A stretch of 64,000 nt of DNA from Heterodontus francisci (lineage: Eukaryota), in the NCBI RefSeq assembly GCF_036365525.1, contig NC_090387.1, positions 88,577,691-88,641,690 of the forward strand, in the 5' to 3' direction. Under the pieces are notes generated by a model. That model was not told the origin of the DNA. It ran no database searches and saw only the letters and a program-made list of their open reading frames with translations. Below, piece after piece: positions 1 to 10,965 of the stretch. Each line of letters opens with the position of its first letter. Positions within the stretch are counted from its first letter, which is position 1. The translations under genes and the position numbers were made by a program.

Positions 1-600
1 TGTTCCCCAATATTTTTGGCAGGTAATTTATGCCCCCCCCCTTTTGTGGAGACAGAACCATAGTAGTATTTAATTGGTCTGCCATTTCTTTGATCCCCAT
101 TATAAGTTCCCCCGTTTCTGAATGTAAAAGACCCATATTTGTCTTTACTAATCTTTTTCTCTTCTTATATCTATAGAAGCTTTTTACAGTCAATTTTTAT
201 GTTCTCTGTCAGCTTACTTTCATACTCAATTTTCTCCAACTTAATCAATTCCGTTGTCCTCCTTGGCTGAAATCTAAACTGCTCCCAGTCCTCAGGTTGC
301 TCCTTGTCCTGGCCATTTTATATTACTTCTCCTTGGATCTAATACTATCTCTGATTTCTTTTCTAAGCCACGGTGGAGCGACCCTTCCTGTTTTATTTTT
401 GCGCCAGACAGGAATGAACAATTGTTTTAATTCAACCATATGCTCTTTAAATGTTTGCTATTGGCTATCCACGTTAACCCTTTAAGTAACGTTCCTCAAT
501 CTATCATAGCCAATTCGCACCTCACACCTTCATAGTTTCTTTTATTTAGATTCAAGACCCTAGTCTCGGAATCAACTCTCTCACTCTCCATCTTAATGAA
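1..600 (-). mobile_element. Degenerate CR1-type LINE ORF2 fragment
   Basis: Minus-strand translation gives DCKSFYRY...LVKTN.G.L...GELIMG..EMADQLN, homologous to the intact CR1 ORF at 4454-7138. Confidence 0.8.
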
Positions 601-1119
601 GGCTTCCAGCGGGTTTTTTTTTCCAGTTTTGTTAAGCTATTCATCAGTCTTGACTAATAACGTTGAGCAGATAAATTGAGATGGTAGTTTGAGAATTTAA
701 ATCAATGTTTTAAAAATGAAGAAATGATGCAAAATGAAAAACAACAACTGTTGCTGAGACAGTTGAATTGTTCTAATAAATCTAACTTATCCAATAATGT
801 CCTTTTGTTCCAACCCGGTCTATCATACATTTGGTCGCAGACCAAGCCAGAATGATTGAATTTCAACTGTCCTATGAAGTTGCCTAGAAAGTCATTCAAT
901 TGTACCAAGCTGCTCTCAGTGGTTCAAGAAGGTGTCCCATCAGCCCATCATGAATGAAAGCAAAATGTGCGCTGTACCATCAAGTCTACCTTTTCAAGCT
1001 TCCATGCCACCGCAGTTTGTTCGGCTAACTGCCAGAAGAGCTTGCAATTTTATGTTGTTTGAGGGAGCCAGCTTGTGACAGTGGACTGCAAGCTGGCCAC
1101 AAAGCATAAACGTTTCCAT

Positions 1120-3905
1120 ACGAGCATGCAAACAGACACATTAGGAGCAGGAGTAGGCCACTCAGCCCCTCGAGCCTTCTCCACTATTTAATAAGATCAT
1201 GGCAAACCTGATTATATCTTCAATTCCACATTCCCACCTACCCCCAATAACCTTTCACCCCCTTGATTATCAACAATCTATCTACCTCAGCCTTAAAAAT
1301 ATTCAAGACTCTGCGTCCACCACCTGTCGAAAAAGAGAGTTCCAAATACACACGACTGTCTTAGAGAGAGAGAAAAAAACTCCTCATCTCTGTTTTAAAT
1401 GGGTGACTCCTTTCTTTGAAAGTGACCCCAGAACAGAATTTTACACCCGCCAAAAGATTGAGCTGGTGGCGGGGTGAGGTGGGGTGCGGTGGGAGGGCAG
1501 AGGTGGTGTGTAAATAATTTACACTGGGCAGCGACAGTGAGAAACAGCCCGCACACCCCGGGCCAAGCAAGAGCCTTAGGTGCCTGCCAATATGGGGAAT
1601 TTACGGATAGCTGGCAGGTGGCTGAGGCCTCAGAAAAGCTGTCTGATAAAACTAGGCTGCCTTCTGGCGACCTGTAGGAGGCCCTCATGATAAAGCAAAC
1701 TGAGCCCCACCGACGGCCGCCCCCAATGCCCCAACCACCGCCACAGTTCAACACGCCTCCCACCCCCTAATTGACCTCCCCCCCCCCCCTGCCTTGCAAC
1801 GGCCAGACCGATTGCCCCCGTGAGGCTTCTAAAACGGACTTGTTTTCCGGTGCTCTCCGTCATCGTCATCCTTGAGCTGGGCTGCAGTCTCAGCAGTGGC
1901 CACTGCTCCCAGTAGCACTGCTGGTACTATGAGCTATCGGCTCGCTGATTAGCTGGCAGCGCCATTTGTCTCGTCTTCCTGCCTCAATGAGATGGAAGTC
2001 TCGCCCAACACCAATTAAGGGCCTGGGGACAGGAAAATCTCCACAGGCAGAATCTCCAACGAACCTTTTCAATCGATCGACGGCTCCCCTCGCCCCCCTC
2101 CCAACCAATACAAAATCCAGCCCCGAGTTATAGCTTCACCCACAAGAGGAAACATCTTTTCCACATCCACCCTGTCAAGACCCCTCAGAACCTTATATAT
2201 TTCAATCAAGTCGCATCTTACTCCGCTAAACTTCAGTGGATGCAAGCCTTGCCTCTCCAACCTGTCCTCACAAGGCAAACTGCCAATTCCAGGTATTAGT
2301 CTAGTAAACCTTCTCTGAACTACTTCCAACACATTCACATCCTTCCTTAAATAAGGAAACCAACATTGCATAAAATACTCCAAACATGGTCTCAACAGTG
2401 TCCTGCATAACTGGAGAATAACCTCCCCGCTTTTGTATTCAATTCCCTTCGCATTAAACAGTCATATTCTGTTAGCTTTCCTAATTACTTGCTGTACCTG
2501 CATAAGCACATTTTGTGATTCGTGCACTAGGACATCCAGATCCCTCTGCATCTCAGGGCTCTGAAATCTCTCACAATTTAGATAATATCTTCCTTTTTTA
2601 TTTTTCCTGCCAAAGTGGACAACATTACACTTTCCCACATTATACTCCATTTGCCAGGTCTTTGCTCACTCACTTAACCTATCCATATCTCTTTGTAACG
2701 TCCTTATGCCCTATTCACCAGTTACCTTCCTACCTTTGAGTCATCAGCAAACATAGCAACTATACCTTCAGCCTCTTCTTCCAAGCCATTTATATAAAGT
2801 GTGAAAAGTTGAGGCCTCAGCACTGATCCCTGCGGCACGTAACTCATTACATCTAACCAACCAAAAAAGGACCCAATTATGCCTACTTTCTGTTTCCTGA
2901 TAGCTAGCTAATCTTCTATCCCTGCCAAAATGTTGCCCAATACTCCATGAGAATTTATTTTCTGCAATAACCTTATCAAATGCCTTCTGGAAATCTAAGT
3001 AGAGTACATTCGCTGGCTCTCCTTTATCTACAGCACGTTACTTCTTCGAAGAATTCCAATAAATTGGTTAAACATAATTTCCCTTTCACAGATCCATGTT
3101 GACTTTGACTGATTACCGTGCCTTTTTCGAAGTATGCTGCTATAATGTCGTGAATAATAGCTTCTAACTTTTTCCTGATGGCAGCTGTTAAGCTAATGGG
3201 CCTTAGTTTCCTGCTTTCTGTCTCCATTTTGGAATAAAGAAGTTACATTGGCTATTTTCCAGTCTAATGGAACCTTCCCCGAATCTAGGGAATTTTGGAA
3301 AATTCAAAGCAGCGCATCAGCTATCTCACTAGACACCCCTTTTAAGACCCTGGGATGAAGTCCATCAGAACCCGAGGACCTATCAGCCTGAAGATTAAAA
3401 GTTAGCATGGTTCTACTTCCCTGACAATTGTAATTTTCTTGATTTTCTCCATCCCTTCCATTTCCTGATATACAGCTATTTCCGTTAAGTTACTTTTATC
3501 CTTTATAGTGAAGACCGATGCAAAACATTGCTCAATTCATCTGCCATCTCCTTATTTTCCCTTACTGAATCCCCAGACTCACTTTCGATAGGGACAACGC
3601 TCACTTTGTGAACACTTTCCTTTTAAAAAATATCTATAGAAGCTCTTACGATCTGTTTTAACTTTTCCAGACAGTTTTCTTGTGCTCTATATTTCCCTCC
3701 TTATTAATCTTTTATTTGTTCTTTGCCATTTTATTTTATTCTGTCCAATCGTTTGACCTGCCACCCATCTTTGCGCAATTATATGTTTTTTTTCTTTAAG
3801 TTTGATAATATCTTTAACTTTTTTAGTTAATCTCGGATGGTGGGTCCTCCTCTTGAAATTTTCTTTCACTTTGGAAGATAGCTATTTTGTGTATTCTGAA
3901 ATATT
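1120..3905 (-). mobile_element. Degenerate 5'-truncated CR1 LINE, interrupted by an insertion at about 1432-2123
   Basis: ORF fragments RPISLT...SQHG..KGKLCLTNLLEFFEEVT, MEYNVGKC.VVHFG and LEVVQRRFTRLIPG. 3' UTR near 1120-1200. Confidence 0.88.
1432..2123. mobile_element. Putative non-autonomous GC-rich element nested in CR1
   Basis: Abruptly interrupts CR1 homology. Ends CAGAATTTTAC and ACAAAATCCAGCCC are weak inverted repeats. No coding similarity. Confidence 0.4.
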
Positions 3906-4439
3906 CTGTCCTTTAGTTACTCGGGTCTGGTTGATGTCAGATTTAATCATCGGGCAATAAGTATATAACGTGTTGACTTTGAGCAGTGAAGAAAGAATGG
4001 TTGACAATAAGGAGCTGTACTTGCATATCCAACCCGACCGTTGTGACTGGAGATCACCCTCGTGTAATTTAATGCACAAGAATCAATGTAACGACTTTAA
4101 GCACGCCATTGCATGCTTAGTACAAAGGAACAAACAAAGTTGTGTCACCTGTTTAATAGTATAAATTCTTGTTTGCAATATTATGGCATTTTAATGTGTA
4201 TAGTTTTAAATAAACAATATATCTGACTTTTTTAAAATTGGTGCGAGCTTGTAAAGGCTTCAACCATTATTCTATATTTCAATCATTATAGAAAAGTTAT
4301 GCTTTTGACGGAACACTGACAATATAAGACTGAATCCAGAAATGCTTTAAGGAGATTCATTTGAGTACAATGTCTGGAATATTCGGTCGAATTTTGAAAC
4401 AAAGTAAACGGCACAAATAAAATGGTCTTACCCGATCCT

Positions 4440-7215
4440 GGGATCCTGATGTTGTGGCCATTTCGGAGACATGGGTAGAGCAGGGGCAGGAATGGATGTT
4501 GCAGGTTCCGGGATTTAGATGTTTCAGAAAGAACAGAGAAGAGGGTAAAAGAGGGGGGGGGGGGGGTGTGGCATTGTTAATCAAGGAAAGTATTACAGCG
4601 GCAGAAAGGACGTTTGAGGACTCGTCTACTGAGGTAGTATGGGCCGAGGTTAGAAACAGGAGAGGAGAGGTCACCCTGTTGGGAGTTTTCTATAGACCTC
4701 CGAATAGTTCCAGAGATGTAGAGGAAAGGATAGCGAAGATGATTCTCGACAGGAGCGAGAGTAACAGGGTAGTGGTTATGGGGGACTTTAACTTTCCAAA
4801 TATTGACTGGAAATACTATAGTTCGAGTACTTTAGATGGGTCTGTTTTTGTCCAGTGTGTGCAGGAGGGTTTTCTGACACAGTATGTGGACAGGCCAACC
4901 AGGGGCGATGCCACATTGGATTTGGTACTGGGTAATGAACCCGGCCAGGTGTTCGATTTAGATGTAGGTGAGCACTTTGGCGATAGTGATCACAATTCGG
5001 TTAGGTTTACCTTAGCGATGGGCAGGGACAGGTATATACCACAGGGCAAGAATTATAGCTGGGGGAAAGGAAATTATGACGCGATTAGGCAAGATTTAGG
5101 ATGTGTAGGATGGGGAAGGAAACTGCAGGGGATGGGCACAAACGAAATGTGGAGCTTATTCAAGGAGCAGCTAATGCGTGTCCTTGATAAGTATGTACCT
5201 GTCAGGCAGGGAGGAAGTTGTCGAGCAAGGGAGCCGTGGTTTACTCAAGAAGTTGAAGCGCTTGTCAAGAGGAAGAGGGCGGCTTATGTTAGGATGAGAC
5301 GTGAAGGCTCAGTTAGGGCGCTTGAGAGTTACAAGCTAGCCAGGAAGGATCTAAAGGGAGGGCTAAGAAGAGCAAGGAGAGGACACGAGAAGTCATTGGC
5401 GGATAGGATCAAAGAAAACCCTAAGGCTTTCTATAGGTATATCAGGAATAAACGAATGATAAGAGTTAGAACAGGGCCAATCAAGGATAGTAGTGGGAAG
5501 TTGTGTGCGGAATCAGAGGAGATAGGGGAAGCGTTAAATGAATATTTTTCGTCAGTATTTACAGTAGAGAAAGAAAATGTTGCCGAGGAGATTACTGAGA
5601 TACAGCCTACTAGGCTAGATGGGATTGAGATTCACAAGGAGGAGGTGTTAGCAATTTTGGAAAGAGTGAAAATAGATAAGTCCCCTGGGCCAGATGGGAT
5701 TTATCCTAGGATTCTCTGGGAAGCCAGGGAGGAGATTGCAGAGCCGTTGTTGTTGATCTTCAAGTCGTCATTGTCGACAGGAGTAGTGCCGGAGGACTGG
5801 AGGATAGCAAATGTTGTCCCCTTGTTCAAGAAGGGGAGTAGAGACAGCCCTGGTAATTATAGACCTGTGAGCCTTACTTCGGTTGTGGGTAAAATGTTGG
5901 AAAAGGTTATAAGAGACAGGATTTATAATCATCTTGAAAAGAATAAGTTCATTTGCGATAGTCAGCACGGTTTTGTGAAAGGTAGGTCGTGCCTCACAAA
6001 CCTTATTGAGTTTTTCGAGAAGGTGACCAAACAGGTGGATGAGGGTAAAGCCATGGATGTGGTGTATATGGATTTCAGTAAGGCGTTTGATAAGGTTCCC
6101 CACGGTAGGCTATTGCAGAAAATACGCAAGTATGGGGTTGAAGGTGATTTAGAGCTTTGGATCAGAAATTGGCTAGCTGAAAGAAGACAGAGGGTGGTGG
6201 TTGATGGCAAATGTTCATCCTGGAGTTTAGTTACTAGTGGTGTACCGCAAGGTTCTGTTTTGGGGCCATTGCTGTTTGTCATTTTTATAAACGACCTGGA
6301 TGAGGGTGTAGAAGGGTGGGTGAGTAAATTTGCGGATGACACGAAGGTCGGTGGAGTTGTGGATAGTGTCGAAGGGTGTTGTAGGGTACAGAGGGACATA
6401 GATAGGCTGCAGAGCTGGGCTGAGAGATGGCAAATGGAGTTTAATGCGGAGAAGTGTGAGGTGATTCACTTTGGAAGGAGTAACAGCAATGCAGAGTACT
6501 GGGCTAATGGGAAGATTCTTGGTAGTGTAGATGAGCAGAGAGATCTTGGTATCCAGGTACATAAATCCCTGAAAGTTGCTACCCAGGTTAATAGGGCTGT
6601 TAAGAAGGCATATGGTGTGTTAGCCTTTATTAGTAGGGGGATCGAGTTTCAGAGCCACGGGGTCATGATGCAGCTGTACAAAACTCTGGTGAGGCCGCAC
6701 CTGGAGTATTGCGTGCAGTTCTGGTCACCGCATTATAGGAAGGATGTCGAAGCTTTGGAAAGGGTGCAGAGGAGATTTACTAGGATGTTGCCTGGTATGG
6801 AAGGAAGGTCTTACGAGGAAAGGCTGAGGGACTTGGGGTTGTTTTCGTTAGAGAGAAGGAGGAGGAGAGGTGACTTAATAGAGACATACAAGATAATCAG
6901 AGGGTTAGATAGGGTGGATAGTGAGAGTCTTTTTCCTCGGATGAGGATGGCAAACACGAGGGGACATAGCTTTAAGTTGAGGGGTGAAAGATATAGGACA
7001 GATGTCAGAGGTAGTTTCTTTACGCAGAGAGTAGTAGGGGCGTGGAACGCCCTGCCTGCAACAGTAGTAGACTCGCCAACTTTAAGGGCATTTAAGTGGT
7101 CATTGGATAGACATATGGATGTAAATGGAATAGTGTAGGTCAGATGATCGGCGCAACATCGAGGGCCGAAGGGCCTGTACTGCGCTGTAATATTCTAATG
7201 TAATATTCTTCTAAT
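4440..7215 (+). mobile_element. Young 5'-truncated CR1-clade LINE with 6-bp TSD (GATCCT)
   Basis: Uninterrupted ORF2, short 3' UTR, TAATATTC-type tandem tail at about 7188-7215. GATCCT at 4434-4439 and 7216-7221. Confidence 0.96.
4454..7138 (+). CDS. CR1 ORF2: N-terminally truncated APE endonuclease plus reverse transcriptase (894 codons)
   Basis: ISETW, GDFN, LDLVL and SDHN endonuclease motifs. NYRPVSLTS, DFSKAFDKV, GVPQGSVLGP and SKFADDTK RT motifs. Confidence 0.95.
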   Translation: MAISETWVEQGQEWMLQVPGFRCFRKNREEGKRGGGGGVALLIKESITAAERTFEDSSTEVVWAEVRNRRGEVTLLGVFYRPPNSSRDVEERIAKMILDRSESNRVVVMGDFNFPNIDWKYYSSSTLDGSVFVQCVQEGFLTQYVDRPTRGDATLDLVLGNEPGQVFDLDVGEHFGDSDHNSVRFTLAMGRDRYIPQGKNYSWGKGNYDAIRQDLGCVGWGRKLQGMGTNEMWSLFKEQLMRVLDKYVPVRQGGSCRAREPWFTQEVEALVKRKRAAYVRMRREGSVRALESYKLARKDLKGGLRRARRGHEKSLADRIKENPKAFYRYIRNKRMIRVRTGPIKDSSGKLCAESEEIGEALNEYFSSVFTVEKENVAEEITEIQPTRLDGIEIHKEEVLAILERVKIDKSPGPDGIYPRILWEAREEIAEPLLLIFKSSLSTGVVPEDWRIANVVPLFKKGSRDSPGNYRPVSLTSVVGKMLEKVIRDRIYNHLEKNKFICDSQHGFVKGRSCLTNLIEFFEKVTKQVDEGKAMDVVYMDFSKAFDKVPHGRLLQKIRKYGVEGDLELWIRNWLAERRQRVVVDGKCSSWSLVTSGVPQGSVLGPLLFVIFINDLDEGVEGWVSKFADDTKVGGVVDSVEGCCRVQRDIDRLQSWAERWQMEFNAEKCEVIHFGRSNSNAEYWANGKILGSVDEQRDLGIQVHKSLKVATQVNRAVKKAYGVLAFISRGIEFQSHGVMMQLYKTLVRPHLEYCVQFWSPHYRKDVEALERVQRRFTRMLPGMEGRSYEERLRDLGLFSLERRRRRGDLIETYKIIRGLDRVDSESLFPRMRMANTRGHSFKLRGERYRTDVRGSFFTQRVVGAWNALPATVVDSPTLRAFKWSLDRHMDVNGIV

Positions 7216-7257
7216 GATCCTCCTGCTTAGCAGCATTTACTGATGTTCCCTTCCCAC
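7211..7257 (-). CDS. Gene A exon 5: cytoplasmic exon interrupted by CR1 insertion (GGKGTSVNAAKQEDH*)
   Basis: Strong acceptor TTTTATTTCTCATCAG. Frame runs into the antisense LINE tail and stops at TAG 7213-7211. The last 2 exon nt and the GTAAG donor lie at 4433-4427 on the far side of the LINE. Confidence 0.75.
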
Positions 7258-7784
7258 CTGATGAGAAATAAAATTAAATGAATCACCAAGAACTGCGTTA
7301 TATTTCCATTCAGCACAAACGCCAAGGAAAATAAATGCAAATCTGTTATATGCCAGCTATAATAGGATCATTGTTTTCACAATGTTACTCAAACTGTTAA
7401 AATAGGGCGCAATGATTGTATTATATTTCTTATGATGAAGCTGTGTGAACATCATTGCATGCATGAAATTCACTAATAGAGGGTTAGAACTGCAGCAATA
7501 CAGTTTAGCAAATTATAACGGACAATCTGCTAAGTTGCCGTTTTGATCAATAATTTAGAGTTGAAGCAATATGTATGCTAAACAGTATTTTCTCATCAAT
7601 CTGTTAGTTAAATTGTCCCATTCAGCATTTCGCCTCCCAAATGTTAACTGTAATTATTTTAGTTTATACTTGCATGTAAATTGTTTGCTTCAGGATCAAT
7701 ATTTCCATTAATTTCAAATTTAAATAATGTGTTATAATATGCTGTTAGAAGCTAACCTATTAGGAAAGTGTGGATGGTTCATAC

Positions 7785-7898
7785 CTTTGGATATAATAAA
7801 TAGAATCCCCTTCACAATCAAAATGGCTAATAGGAGAACTACAAGTGCACCACGGGCACATCCAGCTATGATAACACCATCAACTTTAGAGGCACAAT
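7785..7898 (-). CDS. Gene A exon 4: connecting peptide and transmembrane segment (DCASKVDGVIIAGCARGALVVLLLAILIVKGILFIISK)
   Basis: TCTCATAG acceptor, AAAG|GTATG donor, phase 1/1. Hydrophobic stretch that aligns with the gene B TM exon. Confidence 0.85.
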
Positions 7899-8785
7899 CT
7901 ATGAGATTGACATAAAATCAAAATTAGAAATAGGAATGTAAAACGGATATGCAAAGATCTAAATGCTATATACAATATATTATATTTACAGTACATAAAG
8001 CCTCAATAGATCCATTTCATTATCTCTCAATTTAGCTGATGTGTTTTCAGTCTGACACTAAGTTTGAGACACTGTAATCCGGAGAAATGGCAGCAATGAG
8101 AAATCAATATGATCAATTCCTTACCGAATAGTACTCGAATATGTATCTAGAATAAGTGTTCTACTACTTGAAACATTCGGAAAATAATAAATACGTTGTG
8201 TGTTTCATCGGATTAGCCTGTTGCTCAAACTCCGAAAAATGTTATAATGGGGCGTATTTACACATTCATTTGAAATTCTCTTCGCAGCAATGTTTCACTC
8301 AGGCCGTTTTCCATCTTTAAACATGTGCCACCAAATTAACTATCATTCCATGTTTGGTATAGCGTCGAGGGAGTTGCATACTGAAGAGCGGGGACTGAAC
8401 TTGGACTACTTGATGGCTGCAGGTGTGTGCAAAGCTTCACTTACTCTACTCCAACCTTCCAGTCCATATGAACCTTTCTGGTGTATTGAATGATCACTCA
8501 CCGTGCCCTCCCTTTGTTAATTGAAATGTTCAGGAGTTAATCTGAATTATGGGAAGTATTTTGAGCTAATGTCATCTATTGGCTAAGCTGCTTGTGTCCA
8601 ACCTACTTCTCATCCGATCCAAATAACCAAAAGAAATGGAAACTACACCCAAACAACCGGACCAGAGTTCGGCGTCGACAAAATAAAATGCAAACTCCTG
8701 CAGTAATCACCTCCCACAGATTCTTGTATATACCCATTTGTACGATGATCTCGCGATTAAATTACCTCATCTCATATAATGTTAC

Positions 8786-9094
8786 CTTCGTTAGAAACTG
8801 TGTAGCTGGCATTTGCTGGAATTAAGTTAGAAACGTGAAGTACTTGACAGGTGTAAACTGTGCTGCGATCGATTGCCTGTGACACTTTCAAGCAACTGAT
8901 AACTTCATAGAGTCCCTCCGGGGTCTTTGTCTGTTGTTCATTCGTTAATCCAGTCAAGAGTTCCATATCGTTTTTATGCCAGCTGAGGTTAAAGTCCTTC
9001 GGGTAGAAAGCAGATGTTCTGCACTGGAGACTCAGAGGAGCACATGTTACCCCTTCAGATGGTAGGGATAAGATTTTCAGCGGAGCTGGTGTAG
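8786..9094 (-). CDS. Gene A exon 3: C1-set Ig domain
   Basis: Open frame ATPAPLKIL...LSLQCRTSAFYPKDFNLSWHKN...EGLYEVIS...YTCQVLHVS carries the C1 hallmarks (C-x4-FYP, W, YxCxVxH). AAG acceptor and G|GTAAC donor, phase 1/1. Confidence 0.92.
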
Positions 9095-9917
9095 CTTAAT
9101 GGGTAAATGACATAATACAGGTAAAGCAAAACATTTTACTTCGAATCTATCTGGTCTTTGAGTTCATGAAATAACCAACACCTATTTCAAGCATGGCAGT
9201 TGCACTAATAATCATTATTTATACTGACCGGAGTTCAATTTTTGCTTTATTACACTGTAGCTAGAGATTCCTCTCGGCAGTATTGACATATCACCAGTCT
9301 GTCTAGCAAAACTGGCTTCAAGCATTGGGACTCCATCTATTAATCCGAGTATGCCAGAACCGTCATGCTGTTCTTAGGTTGTTGCAACAGTACAGTACGC
9401 GCTCTTTTGGTTCTTTGAGAACATTTCTTATTCAGGACAAAAAAGGATTGAATTGGAATCTTTGGACTAGGGCACTTGTTGCAACTTCTGCGTTTCGCCA
9501 GTTTCATCGCAGAGCGGTTCAGGAATTACACTTAGATCACAGAAACTAGAAACTCACCGTGTAAACGATGGAATAGAAATATGGTTCTTCTAACTGGTTA
9601 AATTACATTTGAAATGTACATAATTTTGCGAATAACTCGAACAATTTTCATCCTGTTACTCCGTGCTCAAATTGAAAACGTTCTTTACTTCTCAACCTTG
9701 CATTCACTTACCTTGACAAACATAAATTCAAATAACATTTACTTATATAGGTCAGTTGTTACACTTTGCAGAGTCGCTGGTACTAGACGTTTCCCACGTT
9801 GTTGAACACATATCTTTCTAAACAAGTAGGACACTGTACTATTTTACACACAATGTCTTTCCTTATTAAAATACATTGTTAAACGCATTCGACATTTTTA
9901 ATTGCAAGGGCACATAC

Positions 9918-10229
9918 CATATACAACCAGTTGCACACCAGTTGTTTCTCCAACTGTATGATACTGGTATTTGGTTACACAGTAATACGTTCCAGCGTCC
10001 GGGACAGTCACATTCAAGAGGTGAAGGTACGCGCCGCCTCTCTTTACACTGAAGAGTTTTCTGTTGTCCTCTTGCAGAAAGGTCTTATTACCGTCTCTCC
10101 ACCAATAAACGATCACGTTTGAATGGTTGAGATTAAAGGAGAAAGGACATCTCAAAATAACATTTGTACCTCTGAGCGCCTTCTTTTCTATAATATCAGG
10201 AGTCGCATTACCCGAGGTGCCCACAGCAA
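9918..10229 (-). CDS. Gene A exon 2: V-set Ig domain with joined J-like G strand
   Basis: TTTGTTGATAG acceptor and G|GTATG donor, phase 1/1. Protein has VILRC, VYWWRDG, LHLLNVTVPDAGTYYC and TVGETTGVQLVVY, i.e. the B-strand Cys, C-strand Trp and DxGxYYC motif. Confidence 0.93.
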
Positions 10230-10570
10230 CTATCAACAAAGGATGCGCACAACGGTTAAATCAACCATATACAAAGAAGATGATCTGCATCACCAAAATA
10301 CCATCCTACCTCCAGTCCATGGATAGATTAGCAATTTAGTCTACCTAACTATAAGAATTATGCTCCAGTTTCTTTATTTGTGCCCGCATTGAATTATCAT
10401 AAATTATCCCGTTTTTTCTCACTCACAGCTTTCTGTCGGGCAAGGAACATATGACACGAAAAGATCACGACATTAAAGCAGAAAAATTCCGATTTTCCGT
10501 CAAATATAATATAAAATTCATGTTTTTGCTTGACAAGGAACCGTTAATATGTAACAAAATAATAATATAC

Positions 10571-10625
10571 CTGGATACATAATGCCTAGAAAACATATGC
10601 CGCATAACACCCCATTCATAACCAT
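10571..10625 (-). CDS. Gene A exon 1: leader peptide (MVMNGVLCGICFLGIMYP-), phase-1 donor
   Basis: ATG at 10625-10623, 18 mostly hydrophobic codons plus G, then GTATAT donor. Same 55-nt length and phase as the gene B leader exon. Confidence 0.7.
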
Positions 10626-10965
10626 GTCGTCATTCACAATACGGCAGATCAGGCGTTGTGACTGAGAACGGAATGGAGAAAGAGTTGTAGAATAGATGCC
10701 TAATGTTATCCAATGCAGATCTGTGAGGTCAGGCAGCACATGACTGGTTAATTGCAGAGTGAAAAAATGTATGCCTTTTGGAGTAAGATCTACCGACTGG
10801 GCTGTGACCGGAAACAGCAAAAGGAACTAGGCGGCTGTCGCTGCAGCAAACTAGGAGGCAGAGGAGAGGGTGGTGGGGGTTGGTAATTTGTACATGCGAT
10901 ACCAAGTCCATAACTCATCGTTTGTTCAGCCGCCATTTTGTTTGCGCAGAATCTGTTTAATTAAT

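Noticed and set aside
5768-6562. Antisense ORFs of 111-145 aa
   Set aside because: These are shadow frames of the CR1 RT.
10425-10522. Alternative gene A leader ending at GCT|GTGAGT
   Set aside because: The open frame ends in phase 0 and the upstream ATG frame hits a stop. Exon 10625-10571 fits phase and length better.
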